A stretch of 28,858 nucleotides of DNA. Source: Chlamydiota bacterium. GTDB lineage: Bacteria; Chlamydiota; Chlamydiia; Chlamydiales; Criblamydiaceae. Below the pieces are notes generated by a model that saw only the letters and a program-made list of their open reading frames with translations, searched no databases and was not told where the DNA came from. The position numbers and the translations under genes were made by a program. Each line of letters opens with the position of its first letter. Position 1 is the stretch's first letter. The stretch covers positions 1 to 28,858 of the forward strand of contig JAJFMC010000212.1 of assembly GCA_021772365.1 (NCBI GenBank), written 5' to 3'. Positions 1-9,041 of the stretch are shown piece by piece.

Positions 1-117
1 GCGCTTAACATGCTGTCCAAAGAAAAGAGCGCTAAAGTTGGGATTGAACTTAAACGACAGAAAGCAAATAGGAAAGTTGAGTACTTGTTGAAAGTATTGA
101 ATGTAAATCTTTATTGA
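1..117 (+). mobile_element. 3' end of ISAs1-family transposase (partial, window edge)
   Basis: Frame 1 reads ALNMLSKEKSAKVGIELKRQKANRKVEYLLKVLNVNLY*, matching the ISAs1 C-terminal pattern as recalled (ALNLLxxEKTAKVGIxxKRxKAGWDxxYLLKVL). Not in the ORF track. Confidence 0.72.
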
Positions 118-120
118 TAA

Positions 121-130
121 AATCGCCCTG
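121..130 (-). repeat. Probable right terminal inverted repeat of the ISAs1-like element
   Basis: aatcgccctg lies just after the transposase stop. Its reverse complement begins CAGGGC, the typical ISAs1-family terminus. Confidence 0.55.
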
Positions 131-192
131 CGTTTAGTACAGCTGTTATTATGTTTGTATCTAATATATATTTATTCAAAATTATCTTAATC

Positions 193-519
193 CTATGAAG
201 ATAAGTTGATGTCTAAGTTAGAAAGTATTTGTTCAACATCTTTAAGTACTGTTTCTTCATAATTACATGGTTTGTTGTGTAACTTTTTTACTAAAGTATT
301 GAATTTATTTTTTTTGCTTATATCTATTGTGTTTTTTGATTCGAGCTCATCATACGGAATATTTAGACTTGAATTCGTCGAAGGCAATTCTATTATTTTG
401 TTTTCTGTTATAGAGCTCGATAGTGAATATACGGTACGGTACTCATCAGGAGATTGGGACTCTGTTGAGGAGAATGAGTATGAAGAATCAATAATGCTTT
501 TTGGGACAATGGTTATCAT
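193..519 (-). CDS. Hypothetical protein, Ser/Thr-rich N-terminal half
   Basis: 108-aa ORF whose ATG overlaps the stop of the upstream 259-aa gene (ATGA, 516-519), supporting real translational coupling. Confidence 0.6.
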   Translation of the reverse strand: MITIVPKSIIDSSYSFSSTESQSPDEYRTVYSLSSSITENKIIELPSTNSSLNIPYDELESKNTIDISKKNKFNTLVKKLHNKPCNYEETVLKDVEQILSNLDINLSS

Positions 520-1295
520 TTTTTTTCTTCGTTATTTGGTGAAATAGAGTTGTAATAATTTTTAGAGAGACTACTATCAAATTTGTCTCGGATAATATCA
601 TGTAATCTTTTAATTTCACTATTGATCTGAACCCAATCGCTTAAAGATTTTTTGAAACTAATAGCATCTAAATCGAACAGTATGGGAGAAGGGGAAGTCT
701 CCGAAAATTCTTCCGAAAGATTAATTTTCAGAAATAGATTAGAATTGACTTCCCTTTCAAATTTAAAGATAAAATTTTCTGATTGTTTCCTAAGTTCTTG
801 AGGTAGCCAATCCTCATTCAGTAGCCAGTGTTCTACATTTTTAGAGTTTTCGGATCTTGGTATTCTATTAATGTATCGTAATCCAACACGATTAACTTCA
901 ATATGGCCTAGCTTACTTAAATTCTCCCAACCTGTATTAATATATTGAAGAAAAGTTTCCCAGCCAGGGTAGTCGTTTATTATATTGACTGTAAGTATTT
1001 GAGGAGAAAGCTGAAACAAGTGGCTCTTGTCGTGGTGTTTATATATCATTCTATTTTCAGGTAAGGGAGTATGGACTTCTGAAATACTCATTTTTTGACC
1101 TGGTTCAGTATGTATACGCATCATTTTTCCTTGGGCGGGCTCAAGGTCATATTTACTACCAAGTTGCTGTAAGATTTTACCAAACCAACGAGGGTCCCAA
1201 TAAGGGTCTTTTTCCTGTGAACTTTTAACTGAAAAGTGTAATTCACAAAGAGCCTCAGCTATCATAGGTCGGTTTTTTAAGATTTTTTTCTGCAT
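516..1295 (-). CDS. TIGR04255-family-like protein (function unknown)
   Basis: Motifs PMIAEALCELHF, FQLSPQILTVN..YPGWETF, RVGLRYINRI, LFDLDA and LHDIIRDKF match the recalled family pattern. Length 259 aa. Confidence 0.75.
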   Translation of the reverse strand: MQKKILKNRPMIAEALCELHFSVKSSQEKDPYWDPRWFGKILQQLGSKYDLEPAQGKMMRIHTEPGQKMSISEVHTPLPENRMIYKHHDKSHLFQLSPQILTVNIINDYPGWETFLQYINTGWENLSKLGHIEVNRVGLRYINRIPRSENSKNVEHWLLNEDWLPQELRKQSENFIFKFEREVNSNLFLKINLSEEFSETSPSPILFDLDAISFKKSLSDWVQINSEIKRLHDIIRDKFDSSLSKNYYNSISPNNEEKK

Positions 1296-1591
1296 TTATT
1301 TCCTTTTTTAAATATAGACATTTTCTGACTGGCAGCAATTTAGTAATATTCTTGCAAATGATAAATTTGCATGAACTTGATAAATTCAACATTACTACAG
1401 CACATCAATAATGTACAGAATTCAACAAATATTCAAGATTGTGTGCACTCTTGGGGTGCTAATATATCGTAACCAATATTATTTTTATATAAATAAAGTT
1501 AAGGATGTTTTTCAAACATTTCGTAAACCTCTACAAGTAACGCATTGTCTTTTTTCCATTCATAATCCCAATAGCGTGTTTTAATTATTTC

Positions 1592-1711
1592 AAAAGTCTT
1601 ACCTATCTAGAAAACCTGCCTAATCCAGATGTTTTGACCAGTGAAATAATTGAAAACTTAGAGGCGGCTTTAGAAAATTCCAAAAATGTTTTCGCTGCTC
1701 TTGAGTGTTAG
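1592..1711 (+). pseudogene. hsdM: C-terminal remnant of type I R-M methyltransferase HsdM
   Basis: Reads KSLTYLENLPNPDVLTSEIIENLEAALENSKNVFAALEC*, resembling the HsdM tail (KSLxDxxNLPxPDVLAxEIIENLEAAL). No catalytic body lies upstream. Confidence 0.6.
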
Positions 1712-1891
1712 CCTTTCTATTAATCAGGCATCAAATCCTGTAGAGAGTATTTTAGGGGTTTAGCTAAGATTTGATAAAAAAATAAAACGGTTCCTAAGAA
1801 CACAAACTTGAAGAAGATTTTTTGCGAAAAAGAGCAAAGAAAAGTCTTGAAGAACTTAATGTTCCAGTATGAAAATTTAAGCATTTCCCCT

Positions 1892-2275
1892 TTATTTTTT
1901 GAGAAGATTGTTAACTTTCTCTCCCTCTTCTTCGAGTTGATCCATGATAGCTTCTAGAATCCATTTTGTCTTAGAATAGGAACCTTTATATTTTTTCAGA
2001 ATGGTTACTTGTTCTGTGATTTTTTCGAGGGTGTTGGGATCTATTTTCACAGTAATTGTTTTTTTTTGAGGGATCTCATTTTGGAGCATTTTTTCATTTT
2101 TTTCGATTTTTTTCTTGATCGCGTTCATGATCCATGTTTGATTTGTTGTGCTTCTGTCCTCAAGGCTTTTTAGTATGCGAATATGATTTGAGAGTTTGGA
2201 GTGTATTGAATTGGAAATATTGAGATTGTGAGATTTTCGGTTATCGTGATTCAATGTATCGTCATTTAGCTTCAT
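1892..2275 (-). CDS. Tandem ribbon-helix-helix DNA-binding protein (TraY-like architecture)
   Basis: 127 aa with two internal repeats: SHNLNIS..ILK..S...WIMNAI and TITVKID..ILK..S...WILEAI. Divergent from traA. Confidence 0.6.
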   Translation of the reverse strand: MKLNDDTLNHDNRKSHNLNISNSIHSKLSNHIRILKSLEDRSTTNQTWIMNAIKKKIEKNEKMLQNEIPQKKTITVKIDPNTLEKITEQVTILKKYKGSYSKTKWILEAIMDQLEEEGEKVNNLLKK

Positions 2276-2487
2276 TATATAATCCCTTTTTAGAAGAATA
2301 ATTGGATTTTGTATTTATAAACAACTTTTTTGATTCGTGTTTGGGTCTGACTCCCCCTTATTCTACCTCGAGATTTTGTGTAAGAGGGTAGAGTTTATCA
2401 AATATTTTCAATAAATAAAATATATTATATATCTATATGTATCGCTGGAATTTCCTCATATGTGTAGAAAAAAAGTATATAAATATA

Positions 2488-2516
2488 TTGACTGTAAAAG
2501 AAATGGTTGATAAAAA
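2488..2516 (+). promoter_or_regulatory. Candidate sigma70/66 promoter for the tra operon
   Basis: TTGACT (2488-2493), 17-bp spacer, then a weak -10 (TGA-TAAAAA), upstream of the traA RBS. Confidence 0.3.
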
Positions 2517-2547
2517 CAAGCCAAATTACAAAATCCATGAGGTGGAT

Positions 2548-2847
2548 ATGAATCGACAAATTGTTTTTTTTACAGGCTTGATTGCGACAGCGATCTTACT
2601 TCCAGAGTTAGGATTTGCAGAGGATTCAAGCAAAGACCTACTGGAAGGTAAATTGGGAAATGAGATGAAACAGTTAGTTGATACACTTTTCGGCTATCCC
2701 GTTAAAATTGCTGGAGTGTTGGCGGGATCTTACGGATTGCTTCAATCATATGTTGCAGCATCTCCAAAGCCTTTGATGATGTGGGGGGGAGTTTGTCTTC
2801 TGACATTTTTTATGCCGAAAGTATTAAAAGCGTTTTTTGCTCTATGA
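2548..2847 (+). CDS. traA: F-type conjugative pilin precursor (TraA-like)
   Basis: RBS GAGGTG precedes ATG 2548 (preferred over the track's 2437 start). 99 aa with signal peptide (ELGFA|ED) and two hydrophobic segments. First gene before traL. Confidence 0.7.
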   Translation: MNRQIVFFTGLIATAILLPELGFAEDSSKDLLEGKLGNEMKQLVDTLFGYPVKIAGVLAGSYGLLQSYVAASPKPLMMWGGVCLLTFFMPKVLKAFFAL

Positions 2848-3149
2848 ACAACTCAGAGTATCGAATCATTAAAACGCTGGATAATCCCAGTCGGTTTTTG
2901 TTTTGGGATGTGGGGGAATGTATAACTCTCGCCGCATTAATCTTATTAGGGGGAGCTCTTGAGAGTTTGGTCATCATGCTCTCAGGGGTTGCTTTTTGGT
3001 TTTTTTTCAGAAAATTTAAGAAGTCTAACAAAGATAGGGGAATTACACCCTTCCATTACTTTTACTGGAACTTTCCAACGCGAGCTTTGAGACGTTCCGG
3101 AAAATTTCAAAATATACCCTGTTCTCACAAGAGGGACATCATTCTGTGA
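2844..3149 (+). CDS. traL: F-type pilus assembly protein TraL
   Basis: ATG overlaps the traA stop. IIKTLDNPSRFLFWD motif, TM segment, FHYFYW; 101 aa. Confidence 0.85.
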   Translation: MNNSEYRIIKTLDNPSRFLFWDVGECITLAALILLGGALESLVIMLSGVAFWFFFRKFKKSNKDRGITPFHYFYWNFPTRALRRSGKFQNIPCSHKRDIIL

Positions 3150-3706
3150 TAGAGAAAATTTATAGGTTAAATATGCAACATCTTGTATTTCAAAGAAACG
3201 CGTTCCTTTCACTATCATTTTTATTGGTGATAGCCGTTTCTGTTTTAGCTGTAATGCTCTCGTTTAAGAATGAAAAAATTATCATTGTCCCTCACTCGTT
3301 AAATGAAAAAGTTTGGGCACATGGAAATCAGGTATCCGGATCTTATTTGAAGCAACAGGCAAATGTTGTAACGATGTTACTACTAAGTAAAACGTTGTCA
3401 TCATCAAAAGAGCAGGCCGCTTCTCTTTTGGAAATAACAGATCCTTCATTGTACGGAAAGCTCAAGAAAAAACTTTCTGAGGAACAGAATGTTCTTTCTA
3501 AAGAAGGGGTTTCCTATATTTTCGTACCGTCAAAGGTTACAGTTGATGAGCTTTCTATGTCAGTTGAAACAACTGGGGATCGATCGACATATCTACTGGG
3601 GAAAATGCTATCCACAGTCAGAGAAAAATATGTCTATCAATTTACATTTAACGGAAAAATGTTGCGTCTATCGGAGATTAATAGAGAGGAGCTGAAAAAT
3701 GAATAA
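3146..3706 (+). CDS. traE: TraE (VirB8-like)
   Basis: GTG overlaps the traL stop. QRN + TM + KIIIVP + VSGSYL pattern; synteny. Confidence 0.85.
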   Translation: MIEKIYRLNMQHLVFQRNAFLSLSFLLVIAVSVLAVMLSFKNEKIIIVPHSLNEKVWAHGNQVSGSYLKQQANVVTMLLLSKTLSSSKEQAASLLEITDPSLYGKLKKKLSEEQNVLSKEGVSYIFVPSKVTVDELSMSVETTGDRSTYLLGKMLSTVREKYVYQFTFNGKMLRLSEINREELKNE

Positions 3707-4415
3707 GGGGATGATTTTTCTTTTGTTTTTAGTGTTATGTATTGATCAGACGTATGCGACCATTTATACCCCCATTGATTCAACGGTCGTAAAAAGGGTT
3801 GAGCTATCGAGTAGATTTCAGAACCGAATAGCTGTTAATGAGGGGAGGATTAATCAACTTGTTTATCCTGGATGTAATATAGATATCAATCTCGATGAGG
3901 AAACAGGACAAGTTTTCATCTATGCTCTCTCTGACTTTCCAGAGCCCTCTTCTTTATCTGTCATTATCGAGGGTGGAAAGGTGCAGGACTTTGAGTTGGT
4001 ATTCATCGAAAAGCCAGGAGAAATTGTCATTTTAGAAGAGGCTATTTACGAAGATATCGACTTTGCTTCCGAAAACATGCTTTTAATTCCGGGAAGCCCT
4101 GAAGATAAGGTCGATATCATCAGAAAAATAATGAGTGGCGACATCCTAGAAGATTTTGTCTCCTGCGATATAATGGCTGAGAGAGTATTGATCAGAAATA
4201 GAGTCCGAGCGGTTTTAATTTCAAAATTCGTATCTCTCTACGAAACCCTCTATGTATGGCGTGTTGAAAACGTCTCTAAAAAACTTCAGGTCATCAAAGA
4301 AATCGATATGAATTTCCAGTGCGGAAATTGGGTTTACCTAGATCAACATCATTTAAGCAGGGGAATGAAAACTTTGGCAATTGTTGGAGTGAGAAATGAT
4401 GAAACAGTCAGATAA
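3699..4415 (+). CDS. traK: TraK (VirB9-like outer membrane core protein)
   Basis: Signal peptide; LSSRFQNRIAVNEGRI, GQVFI, YVWRVEN motifs; lies between traE and traB. Confidence 0.8.
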   Translation: MNKGMIFLLFLVLCIDQTYATIYTPIDSTVVKRVELSSRFQNRIAVNEGRINQLVYPGCNIDINLDEETGQVFIYALSDFPEPSSLSVIIEGGKVQDFELVFIEKPGEIVILEEAIYEDIDFASENMLLIPGSPEDKVDIIRKIMSGDILEDFVSCDIMAERVLIRNRVRAVLISKFVSLYETLYVWRVENVSKKLQVIKEIDMNFQCGNWVYLDQHHLSRGMKTLAIVGVRNDETVR

Positions 4416-5622
4416 GATCAAGAAAAAGCAAAATATCTTATACGGATTGGTGTTTTTTTCCGCTGCGATTGTGATTGGCGGATTCACCTATATACTGGTT
4501 GAAAATGAGCAAGAGGTTCAACAAACTGCAAGGCCTCAAGTTAATGTTGATATTCCAACAGACTCTATAAATCCACAAGCGATATTGAATGATCAAGTTG
4601 AAGGGCAAATGGATCTCCTGAAAAATAGGTTTAGTGTTTTAGAGGGGTTTCTTTTAGATGCAAAAGAAAGAGAAGATATCTCTCGAAAAGAGAATATGGA
4701 GCTTAGAGACGAGATACAAAAATTAAGACTGCAGATTGAAAATAAAGAAAAAATTTCCTCGCTTGAAAATAAAATGAATAAAAATCTTGTAGATAGAGAT
4801 GATTCTGTTTCTCCATTTTCGGAATATCTTTACTCTCCAATGTCTTCGTGCGAGCCAAAACAGGGGATCATTGTCAAGGTCATAGAGTCCAAGAGAAACA
4901 TGATTAAAAATGTCGAAACAACCATTCCTTCAGGGACTACAGTTAAAGCTGTTTTAGTTTCGAGTGTAGATGCTCCCTGCGGAGTATATTCAAGTAACGA
5001 TCCTCAACCGGTGAAATTGCAGATTTTGGACGATGGTCATCTTCCCAAAAAAGTAAGAGCTAAATTGAAAGGAGGAGTGATCATTGCATCAGCTTATGGA
5101 GACCTTTCATCTGAGCGTCTTTATATCAGGGTTGAACGTTTAACCCAGATAAAACCTACTGGCGACTTTATCGATACCACCATTACAGGATTTGTCACGG
5201 GTGAAGATGGGAAGTATGGTGTTAGAGGGACCATTGTAGACAAATCTTTCAAGATGATAAGCAATGCCACAATCGTGGGAGCCTTGTCAGGAGTGAACAG
5301 TTTTTTCCAAGCTTACGCATCAAGGTATACGAATTGTTGCGTGGGGGGAGGATCCTTTTACGGAGATGGGTGTTGTAACGACGATATTTCTGGTAGGGAA
5401 TTTTCCCGTGGGCTTGCTATTCAAGGAGGGACCTCCGGAATGGACAACGCTTTTAACACCCTAACGGATTTTTACATCAAAAGAGCGGACCTAATCAAGC
5501 CTGTTCTCCAGGTTAATGCGGGAAGAATTGTCGATCTTACATTTTCAATGAGCACGGATATCGGCGACATACACGCTCAAGACAAGGTCGAAAAAGTTCG
5601 AAAGGAGTCCAGAAAAGGATGA
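4396..5622 (+). CDS. traB: TraB (VirB10-like)
   Basis: N-terminal TM, coiled coil, IPSGTTVKAVLVSSVDAP, AYGDLSSERLYIR, GEDGKYGVRG, PVLQVNAGR. Start may be 4399. Confidence 0.9.
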   Translation: MMKQSDKIKKKQNILYGLVFFSAAIVIGGFTYILVENEQEVQQTARPQVNVDIPTDSINPQAILNDQVEGQMDLLKNRFSVLEGFLLDAKEREDISRKENMELRDEIQKLRLQIENKEKISSLENKMNKNLVDRDDSVSPFSEYLYSPMSSCEPKQGIIVKVIESKRNMIKNVETTIPSGTTVKAVLVSSVDAPCGVYSSNDPQPVKLQILDDGHLPKKVRAKLKGGVIIASAYGDLSSERLYIRVERLTQIKPTGDFIDTTITGFVTGEDGKYGVRGTIVDKSFKMISNATIVGALSGVNSFFQAYASRYTNCCVGGGSFYGDGCCNDDISGREFSRGLAIQGGTSGMDNAFNTLTDFYIKRADLIKPVLQVNAGRIVDLTFSMSTDIGDIHAQDKVEKVRKESRKG

Positions 5623-6218
5623 TTAAAAGGTTATTGCTTGTAATGACATTGGCAACTTCCAGTTTATTCTCACTTGAGAAACTCCCTTCGGAGTATTTAG
5701 TGACTTTTGGTGATCCCAATACCCAAGTAGAATTTACTCAGTATTTTTCGCTTTCCTGCGCTCATTGCGTGCAAATTTTCAGAAACGATTTCGGAAAAAT
5801 TCAGGAAGAATACATAGAAAATGGACAACTGCGCTATGTGTTTCATCCCGTGCCGATGGATCTTACAACCGTTCAGTTTATGTGTTGTCTTGAGAAGCTA
5901 GATCAAAATGAGAAGAGGCTGTTATTGACCGTTCTTCTTGAAGAACTATCTTTGGATAATCCGGAATTCAATGTTCTTTTGATGAAAAAGGCTATGGAAA
6001 TTTTTAAGAAAAATCTAGATGAGATTGAAGATGAGACATTTATAAAATTATCAGGCGGTTTTAATGCTGCAAGAGATTTTATCACTCAAGAGGAGAGCGT
6101 GATGGTTGTTCCATCCCTTCAGATAGGGGAGAAGATGATTGAAAAAGAACCAGATTACAACTTCATCTCTTTGATAATGAATAAACTATTTATAAAGGAG
6201 TCTGATTATGAATTTTAG
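5619..6218 (+). CDS. DsbA-like thioredoxin-fold protein
   Basis: Signal peptide; GDPN..VEFTQYFSLSCAHC (CxxC) and RYVFHPVP. ATGA-coupled to traB. Confidence 0.75.
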   Translation: MIKRLLLVMTLATSSLFSLEKLPSEYLVTFGDPNTQVEFTQYFSLSCAHCVQIFRNDFGKIQEEYIENGQLRYVFHPVPMDLTTVQFMCCLEKLDQNEKRLLLTVLLEELSLDNPEFNVLLMKKAMEIFKKNLDEIEDETFIKLSGGFNAARDFITQEESVMVVPSLQIGEKMIEKEPDYNFISLIMNKLFIKESDYEF

Positions 6219-6561
6219 ATTTATTGGGGTGTTCATTCTTAGTTTTTTGACCTCATGTCAAGTCTACAAATCAGATTTCGATTGCCCGCCTTGTAAAGGA
6301 GTTCCCTGTACCTCTGTTTCTGATATTCAAAAAATGATCGTCGAAACGCCAGATGGAGGACCAGACATTTTTTTGGATGTTCTCCCGTCCGAGTTTGCCT
6401 CCTTTTGTCCAGGTAAAAACTGCCAAAAACCCGGTCGTTGTTCAAATTCTAAACCTATGAGAAAAAGAATTTGGGTTAATGAAGACAGGAGCGATAAAAC
6501 AACTACTCAAGGGTACTTCATTTACTTTAATGACTCTTGTAAAGAGGATTGCTGTCAATGA
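6208..6561 (+). CDS. traV: TraV lipoprotein (VirB7-like)
   Basis: Lipobox LTSC, FDCPPCKGVPCTSVS, RIWV; immediately upstream of traC. Confidence 0.85.
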   Translation: MNFRFIGVFILSFLTSCQVYKSDFDCPPCKGVPCTSVSDIQKMIVETPDGGPDIFLDVLPSEFASFCPGKNCQKPGRCSNSKPMRKRIWVNEDRSDKTTTQGYFIYFNDSCKEDCCQ

Positions 6562-9041
6562 TCGATCTACTCAGTAAAATGGGTCAAAAAATCTCTCATT
6601 TTATGGGGAGCCCTGAAATGGGGGCTCGAGAAAAGTTGAGGTATGATGACTCTCTCCACGACCAAATATTCAATTTCGATAATTTATCCTCTATGTTGGG
6701 GTATGAGTATGTAGAGACATGCGAAAAAAAGGGAAAAGATCACACCTTTATTGTCAGCAGGGAAAGTGTAGGGTTTGTCATCGAAGCCATTCCTGTAGTA
6801 GGGGGAGGTCTCGATATGCATAAAACCATTTCGGAGCTTGTCGATGAACTTCTTGAAGAGGGAGTTTCAATTCAGTGTCTCTTGCTTGCAGACCATAAGG
6901 TTAACGACATCTTGAAATCGCACGCTAAAAAGCGAGCGCCCGGTGGAGAGCTTTTTTTTGAACTAATTAAGCAAAGATCACTTAACTTCAAGAATCTAAA
7001 AACAAATAATCTCAGAGATTTTCGATTTATCTTTTCTGTAAGCATGCACAGTAAACCTTCAGTTGAGCTTTATGAAAAATTGATCGATAAACAGAAGCGC
7101 TCGCTGAAGACATTAAATGACCTATCTCAATCCTTTTGTTGGGAAGCCAATGATTACCTGTCGAATATAAGCGCCCTCATCAACTTTAGTGAGTCAACGA
7201 TACCAGAAAAAAGAAAATTTAATGAATTTCAATCTTTAGCTTCACAAATTCCCAATGGAGGAAAAATCTCCGTTAAAGAAGATGGATTGATTTGGGATAA
7301 GAAAAATCCGATCAGGTACAAAAGCTTCAGGGCTGTAGACTTCCCTAATTACTGGAGCCTCTCAAACATGAATCGGTTGATTGGTGATTTCGAAAAAAAC
7401 AACTTTAGAATCAATACACCTTTCTATATTCACTACGGAATCCATTGTCCAGAGCAATCCTCGATCGAAAAATCCTATAGCTTGCGTAGCAGCATCGTAG
7501 AAAAGCAAGGGAGATCCGCTTTCTTAACGCGGATGATACCCGAGTTAATTGATGAAGTGAGGGATGTTGATCACGTTAGGGGAGCTAGAAAAAGGGGAGA
7601 CAAATTTGTCTATTCTCAGCTTTCAACCGGTTTTTGGGCTATGGAGGATCAGGTTGAATCTGCAGAACAAACCATGAAAAGTTTGTGGAAGCTAAATGAT
7701 TTCAAGCTTCAGGAAAACAGATATATTCACCTTCCCTCTTTCCTCTCAATCTTACCAATGAGTTGGGGGAAATTTGCTAATGACCTGAAGGATTTAGGTG
7801 TTTTAAGAACAACGCTTTCAAGTGAAGCCGCCAACTTCATCCCTATTCAGGGAGAGTGGAGGGGAACCGCTCATTCAGGGATGTTGCTTATGGGGCGACG
7901 GGGTCAACTTTGTAACTTCAATGTATTCGATGGGGGAACCAATTACAATGCCATTGTTGTTGGGGAGAGTGGATCGGGTAAATCCGTATTTATGCAAGAA
8001 TTATTGCTGAATAATCTCGGTACAGGAGGGCGGGTTTATGTAATCGATGTTGGGGGTAGTTTTGAAAAAATGTGTGAGGTTTTAGAGGGACAAAAAATCG
8101 AATTCGATAAAACGGAAAAACTTTGCCTAAACCCCTTTTCAAACATTCCGACAAACGATAAGGAAGAGCTATCAGCCTATTTTGGTGCTCTTAAATCAAT
8201 TATATCGACGATGGCTCACCCGAATGAGGGAACATCGGATTTAGAAAATGCCCTACTTGAAAAAGCCATTCTATCAGTTTGGAAGGAAAAAAAGAATCAG
8301 GCGACGATTACAGATGTGTCTCAATATTTGGCGAACCAGAAGGAACTGGAAGCGAAGAATTTGTCGACGATGTTGGGACCCTTTACTAAATCGGGGAATT
8401 ACTCCGAATATTTTGAGGGAAAAGCCAACATTAACTTTCACAATAAAATGGTTTTGATCGAGCTTGAGCAACTCAAAAGCATGCCGGAGCTACAATCTGT
8501 GATCATGCAAATCTTTATACTCGAGATAAATAGACAAATATTTTTGGGAGATAGAAAAACCCCGACGATCATCTGCATTGATGAGGCGTGGGATCTTCTC
8601 AGGGCAAAGCAGACGGGTCCCTTTATTGAAACGTTGGCTAGAAGACTTCGAAAATACAACGGCTCATTAGTTGTGGGAACGCAATCAGTAGAGGATTTTT
8701 ATCAGAGCCAAGGAGCCATGGCCGCCTACGATAACTCAAGCTGGACATGCCTTCTATCCCAAAAACAAGAATCGATAATCGCCTACGCTAAAAAAAGTAA
8801 CTGCTCAGACGGGCAGATTGAAGTATTAAAATCTGTAAGAAAGAAAGAAGGGGAGTATTCCGAGGTGATGATTAGCTCTGAAAATGGTTATTCAGTATCT
8901 CGTCTTGTATTGGATCCTTTTTCTCAGCTTCTTTACAGCACAAATGCCGACGATAGAAAAAAGATCGATCCTTACCGAAAACAGGGATTGTCAATTACTG
9001 AAGCGATTAACAAAGTTTTAGAGGAAGAGAGGGGAGTGTGA
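6558..9041 (+). CDS. traC: TraC (VirB4-family ATPase)
   Basis: Walker A GESGSGKS, Walker B IICIDEAW, ARRLRKYNGS, RLVLDPFS. ATG 6558 overlaps the traV stop (preferred over TTG 6549). Confidence 0.95.
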   Translation: MIDLLSKMGQKISHFMGSPEMGAREKLRYDDSLHDQIFNFDNLSSMLGYEYVETCEKKGKDHTFIVSRESVGFVIEAIPVVGGGLDMHKTISELVDELLEEGVSIQCLLLADHKVNDILKSHAKKRAPGGELFFELIKQRSLNFKNLKTNNLRDFRFIFSVSMHSKPSVELYEKLIDKQKRSLKTLNDLSQSFCWEANDYLSNISALINFSESTIPEKRKFNEFQSLASQIPNGGKISVKEDGLIWDKKNPIRYKSFRAVDFPNYWSLSNMNRLIGDFEKNNFRINTPFYIHYGIHCPEQSSIEKSYSLRSSIVEKQGRSAFLTRMIPELIDEVRDVDHVRGARKRGDKFVYSQLSTGFWAMEDQVESAEQTMKSLWKLNDFKLQENRYIHLPSFLSILPMSWGKFANDLKDLGVLRTTLSSEAANFIPIQGEWRGTAHSGMLLMGRRGQLCNFNVFDGGTNYNAIVVGESGSGKSVFMQELLLNNLGTGGRVYVIDVGGSFEKMCEVLEGQKIEFDKTEKLCLNPFSNIPTNDKEELSAYFGALKSIISTMAHPNEGTSDLENALLEKAILSVWKEKKNQATITDVSQYLANQKELEAKNLSTMLGPFTKSGNYSEYFEGKANINFHNKMVLIELEQLKSMPELQSVIMQIFILEINRQIFLGDRKTPTIICIDEAWDLLRAKQTGPFIETLARRLRKYNGSLVVGTQSVEDFYQSQGAMAAYDNSSWTCLLSQKQESIIAYAKKSNCSDGQIEVLKSVRKKEGEYSEVMISSENGYSVSRLVLDPFSQLLYSTNADDRKKIDPYRKQGLSITEAINKVLEEERGV

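Noticed and set aside
2343-2357. gggtctgactccccc resembling the GGGGTCTGACCCC REP-like motif
   Set aside because: Single imperfect copy, and no RAYT/IS200 transposase nearby.
2437-2547. Longer N-terminal extension of traA; likewise the track starts for traL (2781), traC (6549), traN (11129) and traD (20135)
   Set aside because: Downstream ATGs have an RBS or stop-start overlap and give proper signal peptides or family N-termini.
2783-2789. G7 run in the pilin gene and several A/T homopolymers as phase-variation switches
   Set aside because: Short runs, frames are intact, and such runs are expected in AT-rich DNA.
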